A stretch of DNA of 64,000 nt, from assembly GCA_905197045.1 (NCBI GenBank), contig CAJJXG010000006.1:9555-73554 (forward strand), given 5' to 3'. This document shows positions 53,842-62,965 of this stretch, in pieces. The notes below the pieces were generated by a model. It searched no databases, had not been told where the DNA came from, and was given only the letters and a program-made list of their open reading frames with translations. The stretch's first letter is position 1. The number at the start of each line of letters is the position of its first letter. Made by a program: the position numbers and the translations under genes. The stretch is from an uncultured Bacillales bacterium. Its GTDB lineage: Bacteria; Bacillota_I; Bacilli_A; RFN20; CAG-826.

Positions 53842-56504
53842 TATGAAAGCCTCCAAGCTGGATGGGTGTAATATGAATCACCACTTGAAACAAACTTAGC
53901 AGTTTTATTTTCGTCAACAACACTTCCATTATAAGACTTGAATCTTTTTAAATTAATAGTCATGTCTGTTGTATTAATTTTTGCAAATACACCTCGATAA
54001 AATGCAAAATTTTGTGAATTAAATTGTGCTCTGCTATCTACTACTGTAGCAATACCGGTTGATGAATTATAATTCACCCTATAAAATGTTCCATCCAGAT
54101 CATTAATACCCCTATAAAAATCTGAAATTGAACTATATTGTGCTTTATTTACATGCAGTAATTCACTGTCTAGATAATTATTAGAACTATCTGAAGGAAA
54201 ATAACCATAATAAGCATTACCAACTTGAATAATTCCGAGTCCAAAGTCATAAGTGATTTTTGAAGTTAAGTAATCATCTCTAATTCTCGTCAAATAATTG
54301 TTTCTAATATCAAATAAAACATTACCATTACTAACTAGCGGCAAGAAGAAATAATCTGTAACATTAAATCTATAGCTCGCCCCACTGTAATAAGTAATTC
54401 CAAGAATTTTATAGGCTTCTGTTAATCTATTTGGACCAGATTTAAAGGCTTTACTATAAAGCAGCACTTTATCATTCGCATTATCAATTTTATTTTTAAA
54501 ATCCTCTAAATCATAAATATTTATAGTTCCGCCTAAACTATATTTCAAGCTATCATTATTATAGTTTTGTAATTTATCTGAATCATCGAAATCATCAAAA
54601 ACGAATTTACCATAAAAATCAAAATATGCAGGTGTTTTATTAACATATGTCCAAAAGTCGGACATACCACTATATACGGTACACATTCCAGAGGAATAAC
54701 TTCCTTTAAAATCTGAATTATCAATATATTTACCAGCATCTCCAAAATCGTATAACTCATTAATAAATGTAAGCCCTGCAATTCCTACAAAAGACTGTGC
54801 TGGCACTTTTAATCCAAGACTTCCAAAACCGCTAATGCTTTGCTCATTTGTATATGAAAATCTAATTGTTGAATTTTGATCTCCATACATTGAAGACCCT
54901 GGCATGAAATTCAACTGATTAAGAATTGTTACGCTCGTTGATAAAAGATGAAAATCAAAGTATGGTGGTATAAACCAAGGGCATTTATTCATATTTACGC
55001 TTATTTCACCAAGACTCATCTTTACATTCAAATTATTCGGTAATTGAACTTCAATATCACAATTATAAGCAGTATAGATTATCTTTTGATACATCACGTT
55101 ATTGTAAGCAGTTTTACTTGAGGATTTTGATAAGGCTTCTTTCAAACTACCTTCACCAGTGTTATAAAACACATTTCTTAAAATATAAGAATCATCAGGC
55201 GAATTGCAAGTATTAATTAAATATTTTTCTTTGCCGTTAAGGTCGCTACTGCCAATCAAATTAATTTTGTTTAATGAATAATTTGAATTGTCAGCGCCCC
55301 AATCAAGTTTCATATTTCCAATAAATTTAGACCCTTTCTCGAATATAATTGGTACGTTTATATATGGGCATCGATACATTTTAAAAAAAGAATCGCTATA
55401 GTTATAATTCATAGGTGCTCCACTTTCGTGATGGTGATCTTCAACAACAAAAGTGGCAATTAAGGTTGCTCCGTTTTTCATTATAATTTTGCCAGTTTTA
55501 TTTGGTGAAGAATCAGTAATGGTACCATATACTTCGATAGTACTATTTTCAGAAACGATTAATGTGTTACCATTTAAATCTAACTCGGAATAAGGCCCGG
55601 TTATAAACCCTTGCCAATTATATTGTGAATACCCATCATTTGATCCATAAAAAGAAGTAAGGGCTCCAATTGACAACACACTAGTATTGCTAAGAATAGT
55701 ATCTCGCCCTAAAACTACTTTGCTTATGCAGTAATTTCTGCCGTTCGAACCATTTCCTGCTGTTGGCTTAAAATCGCTCACGGAACTTGTTGGATCTTCT
55801 AAGGAAATCGTTGTATCATCATTAGCTTGGTATTTTCTATAATTAGAACCAAACAATGGTTTATCGAAATTAGGAAGGTCAGCAACATACTCATCATCAT
55901 CAGATTTGAAGTTAAAAGATAAATTCAAATCGTTATAAAAGCCATTATTTAATTCTACAACTGCAGCTGGACTTGTACTTGTGTTCCCGTTTTCACAATT
56001 TTGATTGGTTTCATTAAAATTATAGGTATTGCCATTACCTTCGATAGACACACGACTATCATTAATAGTTGAATTTCCTATTGATTGATTAAAGTCATTC
56101 CCTTGAGGGGTTTGAACATAACGTGCTTCAGGTTCTAAAATAAGTTCTTTGTTTACCGTAATTTCTTTTTTAAGCGCATTATTATCATTTGGATCGTTAG
56201 GGTTGAAATAAATAGTATCTTGATCATCTTTCCAAACGTAATAATTCCCTGCGTTGTCAAACAAAAATGGTACTTCTTCAATCGATAATTTGTCATTGTT
56301 TTTGACATATATTTTCTTGATGGAATTTCCATTTGTATCGTAAAACTCAACTTTTTTGTAATTAGGGTCTTGGTTTTCACCACCAATGTTTAAATCGCCA
56401 TTAAGTCCTGTAATATTAAAATTAGCGATTATATAGTTGCCATATCCAACCCATAAAATTGAAGAGAATAAAATAAATATTAACAACAATATTCTTTTTT
56501 TCAT
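53841..56504 (-). CDS. large N/S/Y-rich secreted protein, unknown fold (probably beta-rich)
   Basis: 887 aa. N-terminal signal/anchor MKKRILLLIFILFSSILWVGYGNYIIANF. I recognise no family. Contains an HHHE run (VVEDHHHESGAP). Confidence 0.7.
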   Translation of the reverse strand: MKKRILLLIFILFSSILWVGYGNYIIANFNITGLNGDLNIGGENQDPNYKKVEFYDTNGNSIKKIYVKNNDKLSIEEVPFLFDNAGNYYVWKDDQDTIYFNPNDPNDNNALKKEITVNKELILEPEARYVQTPQGNDFNQSIGNSTINDSRVSIEGNGNTYNFNETNQNCENGNTSTSPAAVVELNNGFYNDLNLSFNFKSDDDEYVADLPNFDKPLFGSNYRKYQANDDTTISLEDPTSSVSDFKPTAGNGSNGRNYCISKVVLGRDTILSNTSVLSIGALTSFYGSNDGYSQYNWQGFITGPYSELDLNGNTLIVSENSTIEVYGTITDSSPNKTGKIIMKNGATLIATFVVEDHHHESGAPMNYNYSDSFFKMYRCPYINVPIIFEKGSKFIGNMKLDWGADNSNYSLNKINLIGSSDLNGKEKYLINTCNSPDDSYILRNVFYNTGEGSLKEALSKSSSKTAYNNVMYQKIIYTAYNCDIEVQLPNNLNVKMSLGEISVNMNKCPWFIPPYFDFHLLSTSVTILNQLNFMPGSSMYGDQNSTIRFSYTNEQSISGFGSLGLKVPAQSFVGIAGLTFINELYDFGDAGKYIDNSDFKGSYSSGMCTVYSGMSDFWTYVNKTPAYFDFYGKFVFDDFDDSDKLQNYNNDSLKYSLGGTINIYDLEDFKNKIDNANDKVLLYSKAFKSGPNRLTEAYKILGITYYSGASYRFNVTDYFFLPLVSNGNVLFDIRNNYLTRIRDDYLTSKITYDFGLGIIQVGNAYYGYFPSDSSNNYLDSELLHVNKAQYSSISDFYRGINDLDGTFYRVNYNSSTGIATVVDSRAQFNSQNFAFYRGVFAKINTTDMTINLKRFKSYNGSVVDENKTAKFVSSGDSYYTHPAWRLS

Positions 56505-56510
56505 CTTTTG

Positions 56511-57230
56511 CTACCTGTAGTCTTCAAAAATAAGTTCAACGTTTACGTTTCCAAAAGTTAAAACATTATATTCTTTTGAATAGCCAATAGATTTATCGAT
56601 TATTTCAAAATTAAAATTTAGGTTGAAATTCCAAGCAAAATCCATTTCAACTCCTCCGACGACCGTTGAATATCGGTTATCAAAATCATTATCTTCTGCG
56701 ATTCTTTGAATATAGAAGTCACCTCCTGCACTATCAGAAGAAAATGATATATGCGAATAACATGTTAAATTGTCACTATCAAACTCTAAACAATTATTTC
56801 CGCCTGATGAATATTTTTCCCCGTATTTCATTGTTAAAGAATAATCACTTCCATAACTCAAGCTTATGAAGTCATTTTTAACGTTTTCTTTTACATGATT
56901 GAATAAAGACGAAGACGTAAAAGTAAGTTTGACGCCAAGTCCAGAATTTATACTAATATTGTTAGTGTTCTCATGATATTTTTTCTGATTTATTTGAAAA
57001 ATTATTGAAAAAGTATCATTTACTATATCGCTATCATAAGTACCAATGCTTTTATTCCCATAATATGTTAAGAAATTTTGCCCTTCGCTTGAAATAGTAA
57101 TGTCATCAGGATTGATTTCAACAATTTTATCTTTATCACCATCAAAAATGTAAGCAGAAAAGCCGATGCCGATTACAGATAAAACAGCAAAAATAAAGGA
57201 AAAAACTATAAAAATTTTCTTATTCTTCAC
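56511..57230 (-). CDS. secreted protein, unknown function, SipW-type signal-like N-terminus
   Basis: 239 aa. N-terminus MKNKKIFIVFSFIFAVLSVIGIGFSAYIFDGD. 4-nt overlap with the upstream gene. Confidence 0.7.
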   Translation of the reverse strand: MKNKKIFIVFSFIFAVLSVIGIGFSAYIFDGDKDKIVEINPDDITISSEGQNFLTYYGNKSIGTYDSDIVNDTFSIIFQINQKKYHENTNNISINSGLGVKLTFTSSSLFNHVKENVKNDFISLSYGSDYSLTMKYGEKYSSGGNNCLEFDSDNLTCYSHISFSSDSAGGDFYIQRIAEDNDFDNRYSTVVGGVEMDFAWNFNLNFNFEIIDKSIGYSKEYNVLTFGNVNVELIFEDYR

Positions 57231-58363
57231 GATAAGACCTCATAATAGGCATAAAACGTTGTATCTTCAAAAATAGGCGTAAGGTCTGTAAGTCTTCCTG
57301 ATAAAGGGTTTGCAGGCCCTTCTGGGGTAGTATAATAACCTTCAAATGAATAACCTTCCATCGTGCACAATGGTATACTCGCAATATTAATAGTGCTGCC
57401 TGCTTCAACAACGATTTTCCCAATTGTTTCGCTTACAAATTTGCCACCATTAGTGTCAAAAGTTACTATACATTTTTCTGTTTTTTTGTTGTTTTCGGTT
57501 AAATTTATAACCTCAACAAAATTCGTACCATCAAAAAAATAAATTATAAAATTCTCTTGATCAAAATAATAATCGCCTTCTACCGCTTCGCTTTTAATAA
57601 TACTATTTGCAGGACCTAAACCGTAATGCCGCTTAGTTGCACGTGGCAAGCTTATAGGCTCTAAGTCCTGTGTAGTACCATCTGTATAATTAATAGTTAT
57701 ATAGTAATAATTATCAATCTGTGTACTAGTAATCGAAATAATGCCTCTTCCATCTTCACCATTTTTATATGGAATTGTAATTACAGTTTTTCCGTTATTA
57801 CCCATACTAGGATCAGAATATGTAATTGTTATAATAATATTTCCTTCATTATCTACATCTTTGTCAACACTTGAAATCCCAATTCCATCTTTTGGTTTAT
57901 CAAAAGTATTTGTTCTAATCGTATCACCATTACTAAGAGTAAAAACAAATTGATATTGTTCAGTATCTGGATCAACAACCAAAGTCGATTCAACAACACT
58001 CACCCCATTAGGAACAGTAATTGTTTCAGGAGGTACTTCATCACTTGTAAAAGTAATTGTTAAGATAGTTGAAAGTCCATCACTTGATTGAGTTGCACTA
58101 ATGTCTTTTATACCTAAGCCAGCTACACCTACTGGACCAGTTTCACCAACTGCTCCTTTAGGAATCTCAAAAGTTAAGGGTTCAACATCTGTGTCAGTAA
58201 AATACATCGTAACTAAAGTCGATCCATTTGCACTTGTTGAAGATTCTACACGGTCAATCATTAAGCCTTCACTTGTTCCGCCAAATAGTGAACACGAAGA
58301 AAGCGTTAAAGATAAAAAGAGAAATAAAGAAGAAATTATACGTTTAAATTTCATAATCATCAC
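57227..58363 (-). CDS. modular lipoprotein: short collagen-like G-X-Y run, four ~40-aa beta modules, C-terminal Listeria/Bacteroides (Flg_new) repeat
   Basis: 378 aa with lipobox LTLSS-C-S. G-X-Y run GAVGETGPVGVAGLG. Repeated modules begin G[LI]GI.[DS][IV]. The C-terminus VTFDTNGGKFVSE...EGYSFEGYYTTPEG is the Flg_new/TIGR02543 pattern. Confidence 0.75.
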   Translation of the reverse strand: MMIMKFKRIISSLFLFLSLTLSSCSLFGGTSEGLMIDRVESSTSANGSTLVTMYFTDTDVEPLTFEIPKGAVGETGPVGVAGLGIKDISATQSSDGLSTILTITFTSDEVPPETITVPNGVSVVESTLVVDPDTEQYQFVFTLSNGDTIRTNTFDKPKDGIGISSVDKDVDNEGNIIITITYSDPSMGNNGKTVITIPYKNGEDGRGIISITSTQIDNYYYITINYTDGTTQDLEPISLPRATKRHYGLGPANSIIKSEAVEGDYYFDQENFIIYFFDGTNFVEVINLTENNKKTEKCIVTFDTNGGKFVSETIGKIVVEAGSTINIASIPLCTMEGYSFEGYYTTPEGPANPLSGRLTDLTPIFEDTTFYAYYEVLS

Positions 58364-59471
58364 CTTCTAAATTAACTGCAAATATATTAAAAATCCATGC
58401 AAAAGTCCCTTCTTTTTTCTTAATTAAGGTATAGTCAGCTAAACAGAAAGGACAAGATTCATTTTCATTATCTTTTTTACAAAGTGGACAAATATTTTCT
58501 TTACTTCTTAATACAGTTTTTAAAGAATAGATAATCTCAACGATGTCTTTTATTTCTTTTATAAAGATAGAATAATCTTTATCATCGTAAGTTAAGATTA
58601 AAGCTTTTGAAAATAGATTAACTTTTAAATCAAAAATATAATCTTTTTTAAGATTAATATCTTTATTTAAAAGAGATAAGAATAACTTTCCTTCTTTTTT
58701 AAAAGAGAAAACAAAATTCTCTTTTAAAAAAGAGAGATAATTACTCTTATTAAAGATAACTACATTATCTTTATCTTTACTTAAAATTAAATATAAATCA
58801 TTAAAGATTTCATTTTTTAAATTTTCACTACTTTCTTTATGTTTACGGTAGTAAAAATAAAGATAAGAATAATCTTTATCGTTAAGTAAAATATTTGTTC
58901 CATAGACTTCATTAAAGCTTACTTTTTTAATGTATCTAAAAAAGTCTAACTTTAATAGATTAACAACTTTTCTTAAATAAATTTCTAAATTCTCTTTATA
59001 AGCGTTTTCCTCTTTAATTAAGTCGACTTCACTATTAATATAGCTTTTTAATAAAGAATATGTTCCAAACTTTCCATAACTAATTCCACTTTTTAAAAAC
59101 GGAATCTTTTCTTTTTGAAGAAGTGATAAGCCATTTTTTAAATCTTCCTCGAGTGTTAAAAGAAGGAATAATATAAAACGATTTTCATAAGTATCAATAT
59201 TTTCATCATAGCTATATTGATATAACTTTTTAGGGAAAATATTATTTCCTTCCTTTGTAAATAAACGAGCATCTTTTGTTGTTTTATTAATTAAAGATTT
59301 ATCATAGCGATGAAACTCTTCAATTCGAGTAATTTCTTCTACTCTTTTTAAATCAACTTTATAAGTAAGCGTAATATTATAAACATGCTCTAAAAGAAGA
59401 CTTATTTCATTAAATAAGTTTAGCGTTAAAGTTGAGATATTTTCTTTTTTATTTGCTCGCACTTCTTTCAC
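58344..59471 (-). CDS. DUF2357/McrC-like partner protein with a C-terminal CxxC-N10-CxxC zinc ribbon
   Basis: 375 aa. The motif IDTYENRFILFLL resembles the (D)TxENRF signature I associate with DUF2357 McrC-type proteins. A possible degenerate PD-(D/E)xK is NKDINLKKDYIFDLKV. Zinc ribbon CPLCKKDNENESCPFC (~58445-58490). The start overlaps the stop of the AAA+ gene by 1 nt. Confidence 0.55.
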   Translation of the reverse strand: MKEVRANKKENISTLTLNLFNEISLLLEHVYNITLTYKVDLKRVEEITRIEEFHRYDKSLINKTTKDARLFTKEGNNIFPKKLYQYSYDENIDTYENRFILFLLLTLEEDLKNGLSLLQKEKIPFLKSGISYGKFGTYSLLKSYINSEVDLIKEENAYKENLEIYLRKVVNLLKLDFFRYIKKVSFNEVYGTNILLNDKDYSYLYFYYRKHKESSENLKNEIFNDLYLILSKDKDNVVIFNKSNYLSFLKENFVFSFKKEGKLFLSLLNKDINLKKDYIFDLKVNLFSKALILTYDDKDYSIFIKEIKDIVEIIYSLKTVLRSKENICPLCKKDNENESCPFCLADYTLIKKKEGTFAWIFNIFAVNLEGDDYEI

Positions 59472-61288
59472 TAAATTGATCTCCTTAAGTATTTATTAAT
59501 TAAAGCTTTGGAGTATTTAAAAGAATCTAGACCAAATTCGGTGTCTAAAACTTTAATTAAGCGAGTTAAACCATTTCTTAAACTTGAATTATAGCGTGAT
59601 TCAAGTTTTCTTAAAATCTTACTTGTAAATAAAGCATCTAAACAATCAAGACTTGTTAAACCCATTGCTTCATAAATTGGAACCATTTCATCAAGTTGAC
59701 GAATAATACGATTACCAATTGTGATATCAAGTTCGTTAGAGATAAAATCTAAAACTTTTAAGAATTTATTACGTTCACTCTCTTTGAATTTATATTCTTT
59801 TTCAGCGTTTTTAAAAAGTTCATGAAGTTTTTCATAACTTAAAGAAATAGCAGTAAACTCTTTATCAAATTTAATTTCTTTTTGAGTGTTTTCAAAATCA
59901 ATAACAATTGCTCTATCAATAACTTTATCTGTAATTGTAAAAGTAGAATCATCTTTATTAGCTGTCCCAATAAAATAGGTATTAGGAGTAATAATAAGTT
60001 GACCTTTTTCTAAGTTTTCAGGAGCATCATAATCATCTGGAAGAAGCATTAAAGAAATACGACGATCTTCTTCTGGAAATTCCATAACACTTAAAAAATC
60101 AGCAAAATAATATTCAACACGGCTAATATTCATTTCATCAAGAACTACAAGATTAATACGCCCAACTTCATAACTTGCCTTATATAGATTCTCTAAAAAT
60201 GGAGTTTCATTATATTTACCAGTTAATTCATTATAAAATCCTAATAAATCTGATTTTTCTTTATATGTTACTTGAATTGCTTCAAAATAAGCTTCTTCAC
60301 CAATAAATTTAGCAAAATAACGTGGAAGCGAAGATTTACCAGTTCCACTAACACCTTCTAAAATAATGAATTTAGAAGCGTTAAGCCCTGCAATAAATTG
60401 AGCAAGTTCATGCTTGTTATAATAAAGTTTTAAAGATGTTGCAAGATAGCCTTGAAGATTATCGAGAAGATCTTTTAAAGTAATGTTTTCAGTATCGCTT
60501 ATTCTCCCACTACTTAAGTTTTGATTATCTATTGCTACTAAATTTTTAAAGACTTCTTCTTTTTTAGCTAATTCTTTTGAAAGTAAGCCACCTCCGCTAG
60601 CTCCAATTGAAGAAGCATTAACTCCATTAATAAATTGAGGAACCTTATTTAAAGAATTTACATCGCTAAAAGAGTTAGCAAGATCAGCTTTTTCTTCTTC
60701 CTCTTTCTTTTTAAGTTCTTCTTTTAATTTTTCTTTTTCTTCATCTTCCTCATTAATGCTTTTTGGTTTTCTTCTTAAGCAATAATTTAAAACTCCAATT
60801 ATTGCCCAAAATAGACCAAGTAAAACAGCGTATACTAAAAGAGCAAGTAAAAGAGCACTAAATACAAAACCAAATGTTGTATCAAGATGAGCAATTCCAC
60901 CAACCTCTCCTTGTTCGCCAAGCTGAAATAAAATCCCTAAGCCAATTGCAAGCGCGAAGCAACTTGCAAAGCTTGCACTATAATAAGCAAAAGCTTTAAT
61001 AGAATAAGTTTTTCCATTATGTTTTATTAAAAAACGACGCAAAAATAAAACTAAAACAGCAAAAATAATAATAAAAACAAGAATAAAAATAAGTAATATC
61101 CATATGCCTGAATAAGTTTCTATGCTTGGCATATTTAAAAGTTCAGCAAGACCAGCAAAAATATTATTTTTGTTCATGGCGGTGTGACTACCATCCATCC
61201 CTAAAGCTGTTAATAAAGCAACAATTACATAAAAGATGGTAAGACCTATAGCCAGCCATTCTCCACTAGATAACTTCTTTTTCATCAT
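59471..61288 (-). CDS. membrane-anchored McrB-like AAA+ (AAA_5) NTPase
   Basis: 605 aa. Residues 1-~175 contain 4-5 TM helices, followed by an E/K coiled coil. The AAA+ core has Walker A LEGVSGTGKSS, Walker B plus McrB-type continuation LVVLDEMNISRVEYYFADFLSVME, and FIGTANKDDSTFTITDKVIDRAIVIDF (compare the McrB GTMNTADRS...RRF region). Confidence 0.7.
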   Translation of the reverse strand: MMKKKLSSGEWLAIGLTIFYVIVALLTALGMDGSHTAMNKNNIFAGLAELLNMPSIETYSGIWILLIFILVFIIIFAVLVLFLRRFLIKHNGKTYSIKAFAYYSASFASCFALAIGLGILFQLGEQGEVGGIAHLDTTFGFVFSALLLALLVYAVLLGLFWAIIGVLNYCLRRKPKSINEEDEEKEKLKEELKKKEEEEKADLANSFSDVNSLNKVPQFINGVNASSIGASGGGLLSKELAKKEEVFKNLVAIDNQNLSSGRISDTENITLKDLLDNLQGYLATSLKLYYNKHELAQFIAGLNASKFIILEGVSGTGKSSLPRYFAKFIGEEAYFEAIQVTYKEKSDLLGFYNELTGKYNETPFLENLYKASYEVGRINLVVLDEMNISRVEYYFADFLSVMEFPEEDRRISLMLLPDDYDAPENLEKGQLIITPNTYFIGTANKDDSTFTITDKVIDRAIVIDFENTQKEIKFDKEFTAISLSYEKLHELFKNAEKEYKFKESERNKFLKVLDFISNELDITIGNRIIRQLDEMVPIYEAMGLTSLDCLDALFTSKILRKLESRYNSSLRNGLTRLIKVLDTEFGLDSFKYSKALINKYLRRSI

Positions 61289-62193
61289 TATTTTTCCTTT
61301 TTTAGTTCTTTAGTTAACTTCTCAGTTTTAATTAAAGAGTTTATATCATTTTCTTCTCTATTTTCATTAAATATATAGACGTTTTCTTTAACAGTTAATG
61401 TTCCTGAAGAAGAAATTAATTCATATGTTTCATTTTCACTAACTACAGATTTAATTTCTTCTTTTAAATATGTAATGCGTTTGTCTTCTACTTTTTCAAT
61501 TGATGATTTAACAAAATAATAAACTATAGAAAGAAGAAGAATGAAGCTAATTGTTGAAATACCATAATCACTTGAAAGAAAGAAAGTAAATGCGCCAATT
61601 CCAGGAATTTTCACTCCGTTATATTTACCAACAATATCATCAAGTCTTATTTGAATATTATCATTAGCGTTATTTGCATCGCCTCTTGTGATTAGATAAT
61701 TTTCATTAACTTCAACAACACGATGAACAATTCTTAAATTTTCATCATTTTCATAACAGATAATATCGTATAGCTCTACTTCATCTAATGAAGTAACTCT
61801 ATCTAAAAATATTAGATCATTAACTTGAATCTGATTATCTAAATGATTTTCAAATAAATAATCATTTTCTTCATTTTTTTCTGACATTGAACCAGTTGCA
61901 ATAACTACGCTTTTAATAGGAAGAGAAGATATATTAATAGTTTTATCAACAATACCAACTAAAAATAATAAACCTAATAAAGCAATTAAAACATCAAGTC
62001 CAATATCTAAGCTTTTTTTAAATATCTTATGCTTTTTATTTTTAACTTCTCTTAGATGGTCTTCATATATTAATTCTGAGTCAAGATAACCTTCTTTAAT
62101 TTCTTTAACACTACTTTGTCTTTCATATATTAAGAAAGAGATTACTCCTATTGCAAAAACAATTAAGATTACAAGAACAATATAGAAGACCAT
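61288..62193 (-). CDS. sipW: signal peptidase I, SipW-like (ER/archaeal S26B type)
   Basis: 301 aa. Catalytic Ser box ATGSMSE, His box IVHRVVEV, and the conserved GD-NN box TRGDANNANDN. TM helices lie on both sides of the catalytic domain, with an ~80-aa charged C-terminal tail. Confidence 0.75.
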   Translation of the reverse strand: MVFYIVLVILIVFAIGVISFLIYERQSSVKEIKEGYLDSELIYEDHLREVKNKKHKIFKKSLDIGLDVLIALLGLLFLVGIVDKTINISSLPIKSVVIATGSMSEKNEENDYLFENHLDNQIQVNDLIFLDRVTSLDEVELYDIICYENDENLRIVHRVVEVNENYLITRGDANNANDNIQIRLDDIVGKYNGVKIPGIGAFTFFLSSDYGISTISFILLLSIVYYFVKSSIEKVEDKRITYLKEEIKSVVSENETYELISSSGTLTVKENVYIFNENREENDINSLIKTEKLTKELKKEK

Positions 62194-62219
62194 TAGAAGT
62201 TAATTTGTTAGTTTAAAGA

Positions 62220-62864
62220 TTATGCGCCTGCTCCAGCATCAACTTGAGTAATTGTAACAACAAAAGTTGTACCATTAACTGCTGTTGCAAATGCATTTAA
62301 TTCATTAAGTACAACGTTAACATCAGTACCTTCTTCGATTTTAGAATTATAAAAAGCTGCAGGATCCGTTGGATTCGTTTCTCCAAATGCACTTCCCCAA
62401 GACCAAGTTAATGGTAGATTATAGGTAAACCCAGTTTCGGTATTTCCAGATGTAAATTTATCTTTTGTTACTGTAGTTGTCTCTGGCAGTTTAATATAAT
62501 TAATAGGACTTGTAACGCCTTTACCTTCTTCTGTAACAGCAACATTATAATTAGGGATACTATCTCGATCTTTTGCCTTTACAGTAAGAGGAATATTAAT
62601 AGTTAGATTTCCATTTCCGCTAGTAGTAATTGCTCCTTTGGCAACTGGAGTAGTAGGTTGAAATAAAAGTTCTTCACTAACAGTTCCAACTGTTAAATCT
62701 ACTACCTTGTTATCAATTTCAACTGGACTTGGGTCAACATTTGCTTCGCCTTTATTTTTCCCACCAGTAATGATATAGGCCGCAAGAGCGCTACTTGTAA
62801 TAGCTGCAATGCCTAATACGATCGTACTAGCTAATACGATTTTTTTGTTTTTGTTCCTTTTCAT
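62220..62864 (-). CDS. small secreted beta-rich protein, candidate TasA/camelysin-like SipW substrate
   Basis: 214 aa. N-terminus MKRNKNKKIVLASTIVLGIAAITSSALAAYIITGG. The mature part is T/G/N/V-rich. Strong SD GGAGGGAAG. It is visibly more GC-rich than its neighbours (a weak hint of high expression) and is the first gene of the operon, directly upstream of sipW. Confidence 0.6.
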   Translation of the reverse strand: MKRNKNKKIVLASTIVLGIAAITSSALAAYIITGGKNKGEANVDPSPVEIDNKVVDLTVGTVSEELLFQPTTPVAKGAITTSGNGNLTINIPLTVKAKDRDSIPNYNVAVTEEGKGVTSPINYIKLPETTTVTKDKFTSGNTETGFTYNLPLTWSWGSAFGETNPTDPAAFYNSKIEEGTDVNVVLNELNAFATAVNGTTFVVTITQVDAGAGA

Positions 62865-62965
62865 ACTTCCCTCCGCTAGATATTATTCCTAGCCAATTTT
62901 TCAAAGAAAAAAACGATTTTCTTACTTCAATTTTCCTCTAAAAACTACTTTTTTACAAGATAAAT

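Noticed and set aside
2042-58370. About 30 short (60-137 aa) track ORFs nested antisense or out of frame inside long CDSs. Examples: 2042..2296, 5670..5897, 10006..10326, 12110..12322, 14338..14751, 16595..16783, 16924..17109, 19873..20088, 31613..31813, 32606..32959, 33788..34003, 34045..34230, 34410..34592, 35934..36203, 36222..36440, 36900..37133, 37900..38100, 38686..38889, 46800..47009, 50342..50527, 51714..51905, 52962..53204, 54545..54781, 56153..56386, 56666..56869, 57220..57423, 57741..57953 and 58101..58370.
   Set aside because: Each is fully contained in, or largely overlaps, a longer ORF with clear family motifs. Their translations are low-complexity (L/F/S/K/I-rich), as expected for the antisense of AT-rich genes. 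No RBS or independent signals are present.
48521-62864. A prophage or tailocin interpretation of the large operon, suggested by the beta-helix 'tailspike-like' protein and the collagen-like fibre-type lipoprotein.
   Set aside because: There are no capsid, portal, terminase, tape-measure, baseplate, integrase or lysis genes. All large proteins carry signal peptides or lipoboxes. The genes are chromosomally styled and translationally coupled to an ABC exporter and a signal peptidase.
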